From positions 25,048,001 through 25,112,000 of the forward strand of contig OZ365112.1 in assembly GCA_977030845.1 (NCBI GenBank): a DNA stretch of 64,000 bases. Direction: 5' to 3'. Of the stretch, positions 39,821 through 51,530 are shown piece after piece. The notes under the pieces are model-generated. The model did not search any database and was not told the origin of the DNA. It saw nothing but the letters and a program-made list of their open reading frames with translations. The translations under genes and the position numbers were made by a program. The stretch is from Fimbriosthenelais zetlandica (taxonomy: Eukaryota). Position 1 is the stretch's first letter; every line of letters starts with the position of its first letter.

Positions 39821-41139
39821 ACTGGTACGATTGGTTACAAAGAGCAATCGCTCACTGCCAGCATTCATTTAAGAGTAAGCAATGAGTCCTCCCTGACACT
39901 TACCAGTCTGTCTGCAGTAATGGGACCCTTAAGGCACGCACCGGTGTGACAGCACCTTTAGTTGATGACAGTAGAGGTGAGATATAACTCCGCGCCTCCT
40001 CCATGAAAAAAAGTCATAACTTTATCATAAAATAACAGCAACAGGTGTTCATTTAGTTCCTTCCCTTTTTAATTAAGACAGGTAGTAATCCAAGTCAGTG
40101 ATAATGTTGCTTGACGTTAATAATAATTTCTGATGAGAAATCAAAGATGCTTAAGAATATTTAGGTCATAATCAAAATGTATGAAATGGCTTAACTTTTT
40201 CTGCTCTTTCGATCATATCATCCATAAAGGCACAATACATTTTGCATAGTTGGTTTTCATGGAGGAGGTTTGGTGTTACCGACGAGAGCTCGTTAACTAG
40301 TTGGCCTGGGGCCAGATATGTTATGGAATATATTATCTATAAATCTCTAGCTGGAGGGGGATAGTCATTCTGAAATATTCATGCAGTATATATAAGGTTA
40401 CAAGAGGCGCCTGTGTTCAGCGACCCTCATCCCAACCTATTGACTAACATGTGGGATGATCACAGCGCATGGCCTCCTCACATTTCCTCACTGCTCGCTG
40501 GCCACAGTCATTTCCTATTTCCCTTTGCTTTTCCCCTTGGGCCGATCCAATGATGAGGTTTCTCCACCTTCAGATGCTCTGATTAACCTACATTGGACTC
40601 TTCCAGTACCATCTTCAAATCGACATCTTCCTGTCCCATTCCCACCATTAAGACACAGTGCCAGTCTCTGCTATCTTGCGGACATGTTCTTATTTTGCGT
40701 CTCAATGATTATAAGGAGCACTGATTATTCCCTCAGAGAAATCGTTACACGGGGTTATAGTTCGCGGGGGGTACGGGGGAGGGAGCCACTGGTGTTTGCC
40801 AGCCAAGCTGGAACTGTTCACTATAGAGATCCTGGAGTGATCCTTACATTTGTTAAGTCCTTTGGATCTATCCCTAAATCTCCACCAAAATTGTTCAGGC
40901 TACTTCTACTTTTCGGTGCATAATTGGTGGAATGGATATATTTCACTACTTATGAGGATAAAATGAGATAACCTTCGCAGCAGCATGGCTTGTCGCTCTA
41001 AGTTAAAGGCAAAAACAGTTTTGTGGTTTAATGCACATAAATCCATACAGAACCTGAGATATATAACGTAGCTGGAAGTATACTGTCGCTACTATGTACT
41101 ATGCCTATATAGAGACGGATCCAATATTGGGGAAGACAG

Positions 41140-41290
41140 GCGACTCAGCTCCCCAGGAAGCCTATTACCTGACGGCAGTCTCCTTCTATGTCAATATTCT
41201 AATGCTCACGTAGGCTCTAAATGATATGACCCACTGCATTAAAGACAGACCTAACATTTTCTTGCACCTTGACTACCCCAGCCTGTGTCT
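41140..41290 (+). mobile_element. Decayed LINE reverse-transcriptase core fragment
   Basis: CTCCCCAGGAAGCCTATTA gives LPQGSLL after restoring one base. LNDMTHCIKDRPNIFLHLD follows, resembling the GVPQGS-x-LGP ... INDL ... LFADD order. Confidence 0.25.
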
Positions 41291-41914
41291 GATCCATTTG
41301 TAGTCATTGAAAGCTAATCATAATTTGAAAGTGTCTGGGAGAAGTTTCTTCAAGGGAAAGGCCCTATTGTTAAAGCTAATCTCTCATGGACTGTATTCTA
41401 ATTTCCGTTGGAGATGTCTTAGATATGAAAGCTTCATGTATGTGGTATAGATGGACTTATTGCGTGCTCTCCAACCTTAAAGAATGTGCTCTTATTGATA
41501 TGAATAATTATCCCAGTCCTTTAATGCACATTTCGCCCGTCATTACAGAGGAACACTTACAAGTACTCTGGTTTGATTGAAGTGCACTTGCTTCCATGAA
41601 ACCCATGTTCATATTTGGCGAAACCAATACAATATTCTCAAGATATTGGTGTGTCTAGGTACAATACTCTTTTTAGTACAAAATAAGCCTATGGTACCGT
41701 ATTATATGTATTGCATCTTTTCGGGGGAGTTTATATTATGTTACCATATTCCAATGTTCTACTTTTTGATTATCCTTTGTTTCTTTTAATCGTTCATTCA
41801 TAAATCATTATCAATTGTTTCGACCCCTTTCAATTTATGTCCGCTTCAGGGAATCCTTTCAGACTCAATTGAATACAAACATTTCGTGGTCACATATTCC
41901 CCACATCCATTACG

Positions 41915-42100
41915 CTGCCGGAAGTCCAACAGTCGCATAGTTTAGGTCATGACTAAATTCGGCACTGCTGATTGGCCTGTTCCGCACGAAGGCCCATGAT
42001 GGATCTACCAATGGCTGTACGGTTGGTTGATCACATGATCAGAGTGCGTTCGTCGTTTGGTTGGCAATCACTAGAGGTGTGTGCTGATTGGTGCTTTGTT
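41915..42100 (+). promoter_or_regulatory. CCAAT-rich promoter upstream of the THSD7-like exon
   Basis: CCGGAAGT at 41918, CCAAT boxes at 41968, 42008 and 42084, GATCACATGATC at 42029-42040, raised CpG. Confidence 0.55.
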
Positions 42101-42246
42101 TCCTCTCTCCCCTCCAGGGTCCCGGATGATGGATGGGGAGGCTTCTTGTAGTGTTCTGCGGCAGGACAAATAACTACATCAGCTGGAGTACGTCGTGGAA
42201 TACCATATGTGGCGGTAAGGGGTGGTGAACGGGCACATGCATCACC

Positions 42247-42424
42247 ATGGCAACTACGATGAAGCTTCCTCTGCCCTCAACGTCATCATCAATGCCATCA
42301 CTACACGGTGGTGGCGTCATCTGGCGGGGACTCGGGGATTACCGGAAGTGCCTCCAGTTTGTTGTCTGTCTCCTCCTGCTGGCCGAGTCCAGGTCACAGA
42401 GAAATGAGTTCGTCTGGAAAACAG
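42247..42424 (+). CDS. THSD7: First coding exon of a probable thrombospondin type-1 domain protein, THSD7A/THSD7B-like (signal peptide plus start of the first TSP1 repeat)
   Basis: CACCATGG Kozak. Translation MATTMKLPLPSTSSSMPSLHGGGVIWRGLGDYRKCLQFVVCLLLLAESRSQRNEFVWKT-G has a hydrophobic signal stretch. FVWKTG compares with YLWKTG (human THSD7A) and NQFIWKPG (THSD7B), recalled from memory. Donor ACAG|GTTAGT splits the Gly in phase 1, as I recall for THSD7A intron 1. Confidence 0.6.
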
Positions 42425-45037
42425 GTTAGTTCCTCATTTGTATGCTATCGAACAAAAGTTATCAAATATATGTTTTAACTATTACATTTGTCCACACATT
42501 GTACTGTTAAGTGCTGTACATTTGTTTTATTCGCTAAAAGTATCGGCATTATCCGAAACATACAGGCGAAAGTATATTTAATGTTGGCTCAATTATTTAT
42601 GTATATTGTTCTTTTGCATAATGAATGATACTCTTCATTACGTCTTACAGTATCATCATGAAGAAATATATTCTGCTTATATACAATGTTTAGAACTAGC
42701 AGTAGCCATAAAAAGTACATCTTAGAAAACTCAAAGATATCTGACAGAGAGCTTGTGTCTGCTAATGGCCTGTTCCCAGACCTTTCCTATAGTACATTTC
42801 AAGGCATTGTGGCACGATTTCATATGTGAATTCTCCTGCAATATTGAAACCTATCAAGTTGTATTCCAAGTAATAACACCTTAAGATGCTATGCGTGCCA
42901 AGTGGCACAACAGGAATATGTCTCTCTAAACTTTCCAAACACTTTTTCATTGATATAGTCTCAAATTCCCATTACTGTCTGACATTCAAATTCTGCATTC
43001 CCCTTTAAACTTTGTCAGAATGGCATTTTTAATTCGAGCGCCAATGGATCCCTTTTGAAGACTATACAATGTCTGGAAACTGTGTTTCTATAAGGACACT
43101 GGATTAAAGAAGAACCATCAATGGATTCAGCTTATCAGTCATATATGCACATAAAATCAATAGTAATACTCCAGTGACCCTTTGTTACATTGAATTATTG
43201 ATACGTAACAAACTACCATGAAATGAATGAATATAGGAAGACCATTCATCATGAAGAAACAATGTATGTATGGTACCAGCGATAGAGAATCATGAGGGAG
43301 TCACTCGTTATTATTTATTATCTTGTGTTTCATGACTTCATAAAGATTTCATGTGGCCTACCACGACATATATATCCATCAGCACCGCCCTAGAACTAGT
43401 CCCTTGAGCAGCGATGATTCGTGTTAGATTCACAAAGGCCAATGGTCACCTAAATAGGCCTACAGCTGAATTGAGAAATTCATTATAATTATGGAATAAA
43501 AGATCGATTACCTTCTTACCTTCTTTACCCTATTTCTTCATTAAATTTTGTTCTCGAGTACATGACTCATTACAAAATAACCCCTAGTATAATTACCATT
43601 CTAGCATTTTTTCTAATGTATTAAATGATTTTAATCAACATCGTACTGGTCTACCCATAGATGGGAGTGTGCGTTATAGGTGACAGCACCAGATAGAAAA
43701 CGCCAAGCTGAACCTGCCTCATGTTTTATCCCATATAAAATATGAAGAGAAAGGAAGGAAAAAAAGACCTCCTCCATATGACAGCTACATACAGCCCATT
43801 AGCTCAATCAGTACATGTATCCCCAGGTAGCGTCTCTAGTTATCCCACCGACCCACGTCCCTCCTTGGGAATTATTCCTTGCCTGGGAGTATATCCCGTC
43901 TTTAATCAAAGACTTTATCCCTTCTCTCCTATACCACCGTCTAAGAAGTTGAATCACCTGCCTGGGGTTCTCTCTCGCACTCCTACATATACATACAGAA
44001 GCGGTTTCCCAGGGCCTAACCCAATTCTTCTTAAGAACTTTGATCTTAGAAAATGCATTCAACTGCCATGTCCTTAGTCTTACATTGAGATGTGTGTTGT
44101 CGGGGCCACCTCCCTTCCATATAAAGCTTGGCTTGTAGAGGTCGTTATAGGGAATCTAGAGAGGGTGTACCCGTACAACAGTGAGACCATCGAGAAGAAA
44201 AAAAACAGTCTCCCAAGGAGGTCGATTAGCAAGGAGGTGGCCAATTATTATCATTGCATCTGTCTGGGAGGGATAAGGACAACATGATGATAATGGCCTA
44301 TAATCTAAGGGGTATGGTCTAGAACACCTGAATCCCTGCCTTAATTTGAGTATAGATGTGTAAATCTAGTGCTGGCCCTTACCAAGGTTAATGACTTTCC
44401 CACTCCCTCCATATTTTGTCCCTTTAAGATGGAATTGCTGTTTGATCATACCTGTATTCAGATGTATTGTATAATCTGTAATCATCTCCCATCTCCTTGA
44501 GATGCATTGCTCCAAAATGCCCTGTTTCAATTGTCAGTGTGCTAATTAATTTTTCATCAAAATTTCTTGCGGGAACCATTCACCATTGCATAGTAAGGAA
44601 TAACCTTCGCATCGGAGACAGGATCGAATGCTTATTAAAGTTCATTAGTCGCTTGTTAAACTCTAAGCTGTTTCAGGGCTAATTAGGATCTAACGAAGAG
44701 CACTGCAAGCATAATTAATTTCCTCAATTAGAACTCTACCTCCTTAGAAGATTGGACTCCAGTACGGACATAATGTCCTTCAAAATCGAGGCACATCGTG
44801 CTAGAGCGTTCGTATCGATCCTGATCATATTACGGGTGTTTTTGCCACAGGTGGTGGACCGTTTCCTTTGACAATTTAACAATTTAAAGCCAAGAGGGAC
44901 CTTTCCTCGTTGTAGGGCCTTCAGAAGGTTTGCTACTGGAGTGTCTGTGGTCTCTAATCGTTTTATTTACGCCCGTTTGGCTCCTGGCTGCCAGGCCCCT
45001 CATGTTCAGCCTGCGGAATGATTCAATATGCTGCACG

Positions 45038-45203
45038 CTATCTTCGGACTAAACCGGTCGCACTTCTCTCCCCTAAACTCACTCATTATCGCCTGACGGG
45101 TGTGTGTGGGGGGTGGGGAGAGTAGGCAGAGGTGGCTTGCTGGATTGTACACCTCTCCCATTCTTAAGTGGGAAGTATGGCAGATTGTTGGGTATGAAGA
45201 CTG
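45038..45203 (+). repeat. Dispersed repeat copy A (partner 48789-48929)
   Basis: Shared blocks include CTATCTTCGGACTAAACC, ATCGCCTxACGGGTGTGTGTG, CATTCTTAAGTGG and AGATTGTTGGGTATxAAGACTG. About 80% identity by eye, with indels. Confidence 0.9.
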
Positions 45204-45936
45204 ATTTTTAGTTGAAGACATGCGCGAGGTTGGCGACGGATTGACAGAAACAGGTGTGATGGGATAAAGCTGAGAGGATGACAAAAATATAGATAACAGG
45301 AAGAGATGGAAACCAGTAGGCCTACCGCGGATACAGAAAGAATATCAATGTAACGCGGCGGATCTCCCTATTATATTCACTTTGAAGGCATGAACAATAT
45401 CTTGTAGCTAAGAATTGGGGGTAACGCCTTGAAATTATGAATAGCTCGTTTGAGTACTATCCTGAAATCTACACCTTCCGTTGTACGCTGTGACTCCATG
45501 TGTACTTCAGAACCTCCATGGAATGTATACTCTCTTTGTGCGATCCAATAAACCAAGTTCATTATGAAAAATGCATAGCCTCATCTCCTACCCAATTAAA
45601 ATGACCCTTATGCTTCTGGTAACCTAGGGGCAGTATCAGAGGAGCCCTTACGACCTCTTTATGTGCCGGACCAGGATATCTAGCACCAGCACAGTAATTG
45701 GTACTGTGTGCCATGAGAGTTGGCTTGAGGGTTCAGCTTAAAAGGGTTAAGGTGTGGGTTTTAAGGCTTGATACAAGACCATTCACCTGACAGAATAAGC
45801 CCCCTGCCTCTGCAGGGTCATTATTAATGGATGCTACAGACTCAGGTTTGAAGTTCAGCAGTCACAGTCAAGAAGGTGGCATAGTCAATGAGACTATGGA
45901 CTACTCAGATTTAAGATGATCCTTCTTTTAAAAGTG

Positions 45937-46371
45937 TCAGCATCCCTGCTGCAAATATACACTGTGTGATGCCATTTCTATTAAAAAAAGCACTTTCTGA
46001 AGACCTTTTACGTGCGCTTGGCTGCGGCCATCGCTGTTTGCCAGCGTAGCGCTCTTGCGCCATCCCCTTCCATCATAGCAAATCCATAGCAGATAAGGGT
46101 AAACTGAGTGTGGGGTGTTGATTGCATGGAGGGCCAAGGTCCCAGACTCTGGTGGACATGTGTACACAATGTCAGGGTCATGTAAGGACGAATCCAGGTC
46201 CGCTGTTATGATATAATCATGTCCATGATTAGGAAGCCTCAGGAGGAACGGAACACGAGTCATGTGCTCGATTTCGATAATATGGCTTGTCATATCTCGG
46301 CAAACTAGTTTCACGATATGGCATAGCAATACCATTAGGCTTAATATGTAAAGTAAACGTGATAATGACAC
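45937..46371 (-). mobile_element. 144-aa ORF, possible L1/Tx1 APE-endonuclease remnant
   Basis: FLLRLPNHGHDYIITADLDSSLHDPD resembles the II-x-GDFN-x-x-L motif, with GWRK later in the ORF. The catalytic Asn is not conserved. Confidence 0.22.
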
Positions 46372-46581
46372 CTTGAGAACTTCTCTCTCCTGAGATCATG
46401 GTTATTCTGATGATGATTAAGTAATGAAATGAGTTGCAAATGGTTCCCATTTGAGTAACTAGTCTCTATTTTGCTGAAAATCACCATTTGCTAGCAAAGA
46501 CAATGATTCTCAGTGACGTACAAGTAACTCTAAGTAGTTCCTTTTAGTATTTGAGCATGGCTGTATCTAATGGCGTTTGGG

Positions 46582-46770
46582 ACATGGTTGTGATAACAAA
46601 AAGTGCAAGTTCTTTGAGTCAACATCAGCCTAAAGAGTGACAACATGTACTCTACACCCAAACATCGACTGTGTGGACATTCACTTCTTCATGAGGTACT
46701 TTGCAACATCCTCTTTAGCTCTCAGATACATAGTCAAACACACAACAGAGAAACCTGACTCTACTTCCTG
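46582..46770 (+). pseudogene. Decayed C2H2 zinc-finger-like stretch
   Basis: One frame reads CDNKKCKFFESTSA*RV...RYFATSSLALRYIVKHTTEKP. It has a TGEKP-like linker, Tyr at the first His position and a stop at the conserved Leu. Confidence 0.25.
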
Positions 46771-48441
46771 CCACAATGGTCAGGATGAACATCCACATAG
46801 CTCCTTTTCTCTCTACTTTTCAATGGAAAGCTTTCAACTTAGGTATGCCACATAGAACCCAGTCCCCGCAAGTGCTGTTACTTTACCCTTCCTCCCAAAC
46901 ACTGTCAATGACACTTGCGCATTGGGAAGTAGGTCCGAAGCAGGATATTTGGGGAATCAGATATGCAAGCATTTACATAGGCAGAACCTCGGCAAAATCC
47001 GGGGAAGCCCCCTTCAGTCTCCTTACACAAATCCCCATTTGGTATGTCAAAGCCTTTGGCTGAGTGTTTCATGGGTGGGGTAAGGTGTCCAGCATCCAGG
47101 GTTAGGGATGTGATACTCAGTGTGCCATATGGATTATGGATGTAAAAGGACTCCCACCTGTGGAATCAGGCGCATTTAAACATTCATAGCTCCTACAGTG
47201 GAGGACAGGTTGTATACTCAAGACTATGGATTGAATGGGTCCCTGAATTATTCATAGCATTGGAATGAAAGGGATTATGAATGTGTTCCTCCGATTATGA
47301 TTATCAAAACGGTCCTGTAGGAAATCATGCATCAAGCGTTCAACAATAGAGGGGCTCTTGTAATCACGAGACTGCCTACCTCGTATAATAACCACCATTG
47401 GAATACTGGCGATTAATCATTGAAAATCCCGTAAATCGGGCATGCGAGATATCAATCCATTTTCAAAGAATCAGCACAGAAAAGATATTGTTGGACTGCC
47501 AGGTAAAGGCCAAACCTGGAGAATAGCAGTCCAGAGCCCCCCACTGGGATGCAGTGGCAGAGAGCGATTCCTAGCCGGCTTGCCCTTTAATACCAACCTT
47601 GCCCCTCTGTCTGTGCTGATTAATGAATAGCGTGAATTATGGTAATTACTCGATGGGGTGTGATGTTCTAACCCGTAATAATCATTCTTACCTATGTAAG
47701 CAATTGGAGGAGGGATGTGTCCATGTGTATACATATCAAGCCAAGGGCCATTGACCTTAAGTGATTTATATCGCGATATAATGTTAGCTTGTACAGTTCA
47801 CTTTGCTTTTGGGAACTATCCAACCAAGTTTCTGTACAGAGTTATTTAGAACATATCCAGAACCCCAAAAAAGTTTTCAGTATGTTATATTATAGAGGGG
47901 AGGCTCACATGTACATGTATGATCATCCTACTCCAAGTATCTGTATACTCTTATGTACATTCCTTACTCTATAAGTCCTTTGAAGGCCTCGGTCGCCGGC
48001 ATGTTTTTCTGTGCTGTTGACATGAACGAGATTAATTAATTGCATTCCTGTGTACTTGCATGGCAATGTTTTCTCCTGCTCATATGTCCGCCGGAGTTTT
48101 TTTAGCCATCCCCCATTACATCACTTAAGTAGTACACGAAAGGGGCGCATTAGCGCTGGCAATCTCATTACGTGAAAGTCACTGCAAATGTTGAAGCAGC
48201 ATATGGAAATGAGGAATTCATTCGTGCTGTGTATTAGCAGTACACAATGCTCTAATTGTTTCTACATCTTTGAAATATGTGATGCTATACATAATAGAAA
48301 AAGTCACATTCAAAGGTGAATGATAGATGATTTGTTACGTACACAATATTTGAAATACTCTTAGTACAAACAATGCTACAATTTTTAAGTTTTGAATTTT
48401 GAGCACAAAGAAGACGACGAAAATAACACTGCCTTAAGGAA

Positions 48442-48519
48442 AAACTGGATTAGTCAAGGTTTTTGGGTGTGAGCATGTGGAGCATCTCATCTGACCACGA
48501 ACCGATTCTTTGTGACATT
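48442..48519 (+). mobile_element. LINE APE-endonuclease C-terminal motif remnant
   Basis: KLD*SRFLGVSMWSISSDHEPILCDI matches the ID(Y/H) ... SDH-x-P-x-x-x-x-I pattern, with a stop at the Tyr position. Confidence 0.3.
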
Positions 48520-48788
48520 GTTACCAGTGCTACGTGTTTGTGGTGACATTGTTGAAGAGGATGAACTTCCGCTTGCGTGGGCTGTTTGCGGCTGTGGGCC
48601 CACCCAAAGAGAAAGAGTATCCTTGATGCTACACCAGAAGCTCATTTCACTGCCATGATTCCTCAAACAGAATGTGTCTATAATCACTGTCATGCATGCT
48701 TCTTACTATTTCAAGGGAATGTCCAGATTCGTCCGAGAATGTGCATGACCGATGCTTGTTCTCAGTGCATCGTGTGGGTTGTGTAATA

Positions 48789-48929
48789 CTATCTTCGGAC
48801 TAAACCTATCGCACTTTTCGCAAAGTCATAATCGCCTTACGGGTGTGTGTGCAGGAGTTAGGCAGATGTGGTTTGCTGGGTTGTACGCCTCTCTCATTCT
48901 TAAGTGGAGATTGTTGGGTATAAAGACTG
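48789..48929 (+). repeat. Dispersed repeat copy B (partner 45038-45203)
   Basis: Same orientation as copy A, about 3.75 kb downstream, shorter because of internal deletions. Confidence 0.9.
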
Positions 48930-48977
48930 TTCTGAGAACATCTATGTGGGTTAAGTAAGTGGAAATAGAATTAACAA

Positions 48978-49037
48978 TGTATTCATTATGTATGAAGAAT
49001 ATTGGAGACCAGGCATATTTTTTTATTGTCATGTCCC
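48978..49037 (+). mobile_element. LINE ORF2 C-terminal zinc-knuckle remnant
   Basis: LCMKNIGDQAYF plus frameshifted FLLSCP resembles C-x2-C ... IGDE-x-HF(L)L-x-CP. Confidence 0.28.
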
Positions 49038-49762
49038 TTGTCGACAATGCATATTGCTCCCATAATCTCCTCATGTTGCAGCAAGTTCTTTACCAGCCAC
49101 AAGCATTGCCAATTGATTATATTTACCTGGATGACTGATGCCCTTGTAATGAAGATAGTTGGAAGTCTGAAGGATACACATGAAGACAGATGAGGCCATG
49201 TCCACACGGGCGTCACATGTAGGCCTACCAACAATGTATCTATATAAACAATGGATCTCTTTCTACCACCATTCTTATAATAGCATGGGGCTAATTACCT
49301 GGCTTATATAGTTAATTAGCCGATCCAATTTATATATGAGCGGTATCAATTATCCCAATGCTTAAAACAGGCACCAAGGGTCTGTGGGGATGGACGTGAT
49401 GTATACGTCTAATCAAGGGAATAAGTAGGTGGCTTATCTCGATCCGAGACAAGTTGTGAGACATTGTCAGTCCATATTGAAGTGGGATATACAGCAGCTG
49501 TGTGCTAAACGACCACCTTTCTCTCTCTATTAACGTGGGCTACCAGTTGATTGCGGGGTCCTCTTATAGGGCCTTCAAGTGAATTAGGATGGTCGGTACA
49601 TGTCTTTATCCTGGCTTAGCCCTCTCTGTACTATTAAAAAATGGACTGCGCAATCTTCTCATGTTAAAGTGTCTATATATGACGTATAGGACATTTAGAA
49701 CAGCCATTGCAGAGCTGACGTTTTAGCTGACAACGTGTTTCTTCCTCTTTGCAATAATGACG

Positions 49763-49810
49763 CTCTCTCTCTTTCTCTCTCCTTCTCCTCCGCCCACCTC
49801 TCTCTTTCTC
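49763..49810. repeat. Imperfect (CT)n polypyrimidine tract
   Basis: CTCTCTCTCTTTCTCTCTCCTTCTCCTCCGCCCACCTCTCTCTTTCTC is visible directly. Confidence 0.8.
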
Positions 49811-51027
49811 GCATGCTATGATGTCAAACCCCAATCAACCAACTAACTTTGCCATGCTTTTGAGGCAGTGATACTGGGAGAAACCACCAAGGACAGGGTG
49901 TTGCTTACCATTTTAATGACATTCTCCATTGTCAAGTCTTCAGATGTTTGCTTGCGTGGGGTAACACTTCCCATTTTCAAAGAAACAGATAGCACGACCA
50001 TTTGCAGCAATAGCCCTCATAAGTGAAGCGTCGGAACATGCAATTTTGAGATCATTCCTGCTCGACTATCGTGGATGGTCCTCAGCCCAAGGCAAGCCGA
50101 CTAAATCTGGTCATTACGGGGGACTTTAGACAAGCCCTGTGAGAAAGGGCTTACATGTAGCACTGTAGATTCACCTCTTGTGTCGGGGTAGTGTCAAATG
50201 TTATAATTTCGCTTTAAACTCATGGAAGTACCATTTGATACTTATTTGCTGATGGAATTGTTCGCCTGCTTGTCATTGAATCTTTCAATCAGTGCAACAA
50301 CTGCATTAATGCAACAAACTTGTTGAACTGCAGTTACCAGTAGTATATGAATGAAAAGGACATGCTGACACTTTAATGTGTAAAGTAGTGAAATGTCAAC
50401 ATTAAATGTACTCATACAATATTAATTCCTCCATGTATAAATAAAATGCTGTCTATCCTACTTAAATGGATAGTTTGCAATTGTTGTTGGAAGGCGGAAG
50501 CGTGATTCAATAGTGTGGATTTAGATTTCGGGAACAGTTAAATTGATGCTGAAATGGCTGTATTCAGTAAGCATTTCATTTCGCGTGATGCCATTCGATC
50601 CCTTAATAAGTCTGGCCAGGCATCGACCCGTTTTAAGTCAGAAATGGCCGCATGCCAGGACCATTTGCTCAGATATTCGCACACAAAATGAGGATTTAAG
50701 TGCGTAATAAATTGATAAAAGTTTAAGTCAATAGGCAGCTGTTCATAAATCACGCCAAATCACGAGTGGTGAGAACCCTGCAGAGCCGCCAATAAAATGA
50801 ACAAAAAATAAGACAATTATGAAAGTATAATGCAGATATAAAACAGTGGCAAAGTTAAAACAGTGTTGGAAATATTGGGATTGACTTTTTGTCTGCTGCA
50901 TATTATTGTCTTCGTTCCTGAATTTTGTTTTCGCGAAGACATATTCATCAGGGATGAAACTGTTGTTTTGATAAATTTATCCGAAAGGTCAATAATGAAC
51001 TAATAAAACTTCTAACTTTTCTATAGA

Positions 51028-51076
51028 ATTTTCACGGTGTTCAATGTCCTGTGTCTTGATCTTCAATGACATTAGG
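51028..51076 (+). CDS. Candidate 49-nt internal exon (xFSRCSMSCVLIFNDI)
   Basis: CTAAT/CTAAC branch-like motifs at about 51000 and 51012, acceptor CTTTTCTATAG, donor AG|GTAAAT. One open frame with phase-1 entry. Confidence 0.3.
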
Positions 51077-51279
51077 TAAATGTTATTTGGTCAAAATGAA
51101 AGCCGAAGCCACATAAACCAGATTTCATCCGAGACTAAGGAGACAATTATTGGTAAGCGAAATCCAACCGCGAGATCAAAACCTCTAAATGGCATTTGAC
51201 TAATCTTTTCATCCAACCTTATTATCCCAAGGTGTCAAGGTCAGCACAGATGCTGAAGGTCATCTAATTGGCAGCACAT

Positions 51280-51530
51280 CTGAGCCGCCATTTTGGACTG
51301 CCTGCTGACCTTTCGTGGATCTCTTGATTCTTGGCTCACACCTATAAATGGGATCAGAGGCAATTGGCTACTGACCCCAGCCGGGATAGGTGGTAATGAC
51401 CAGAACGACTGAGATTGGCTAAATTTTCTGGGCCCCTTTATCATTGACCAGCGAACTGGGAGTATTGCTTACTCAATTCCGAAGGTTTGCCTCGTACCAC
51501 GTGAGGTGAATAAGCTTTCTGATTGGCTGC
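51280..51530 (-). promoter_or_regulatory. Minus-strand promoter-like islet: CCAAT boxes, E-box, donor, YY1 site
   Basis: GATTGGCT at 51413 and 51521, CCACGTGA near 51498, minus donor GA|GTAAGC near 51470, GCCGCCATTTTG from 51284. Confidence 0.4.

Noticed and set aside
40456-40923. Longest ORF in the window (155 aa)
   Set aside because: No recognisable domain, non-ATG start, low-complexity Pro/Ser/Leu content and no splice context. One ORF of this length can arise by chance in 64 kb over six frames.
9560-47775. Several TGATTTAT (Pbx-Hox) 8-mers
   Set aside because: The count is about what is expected by chance for this AT-rich word on two strands.
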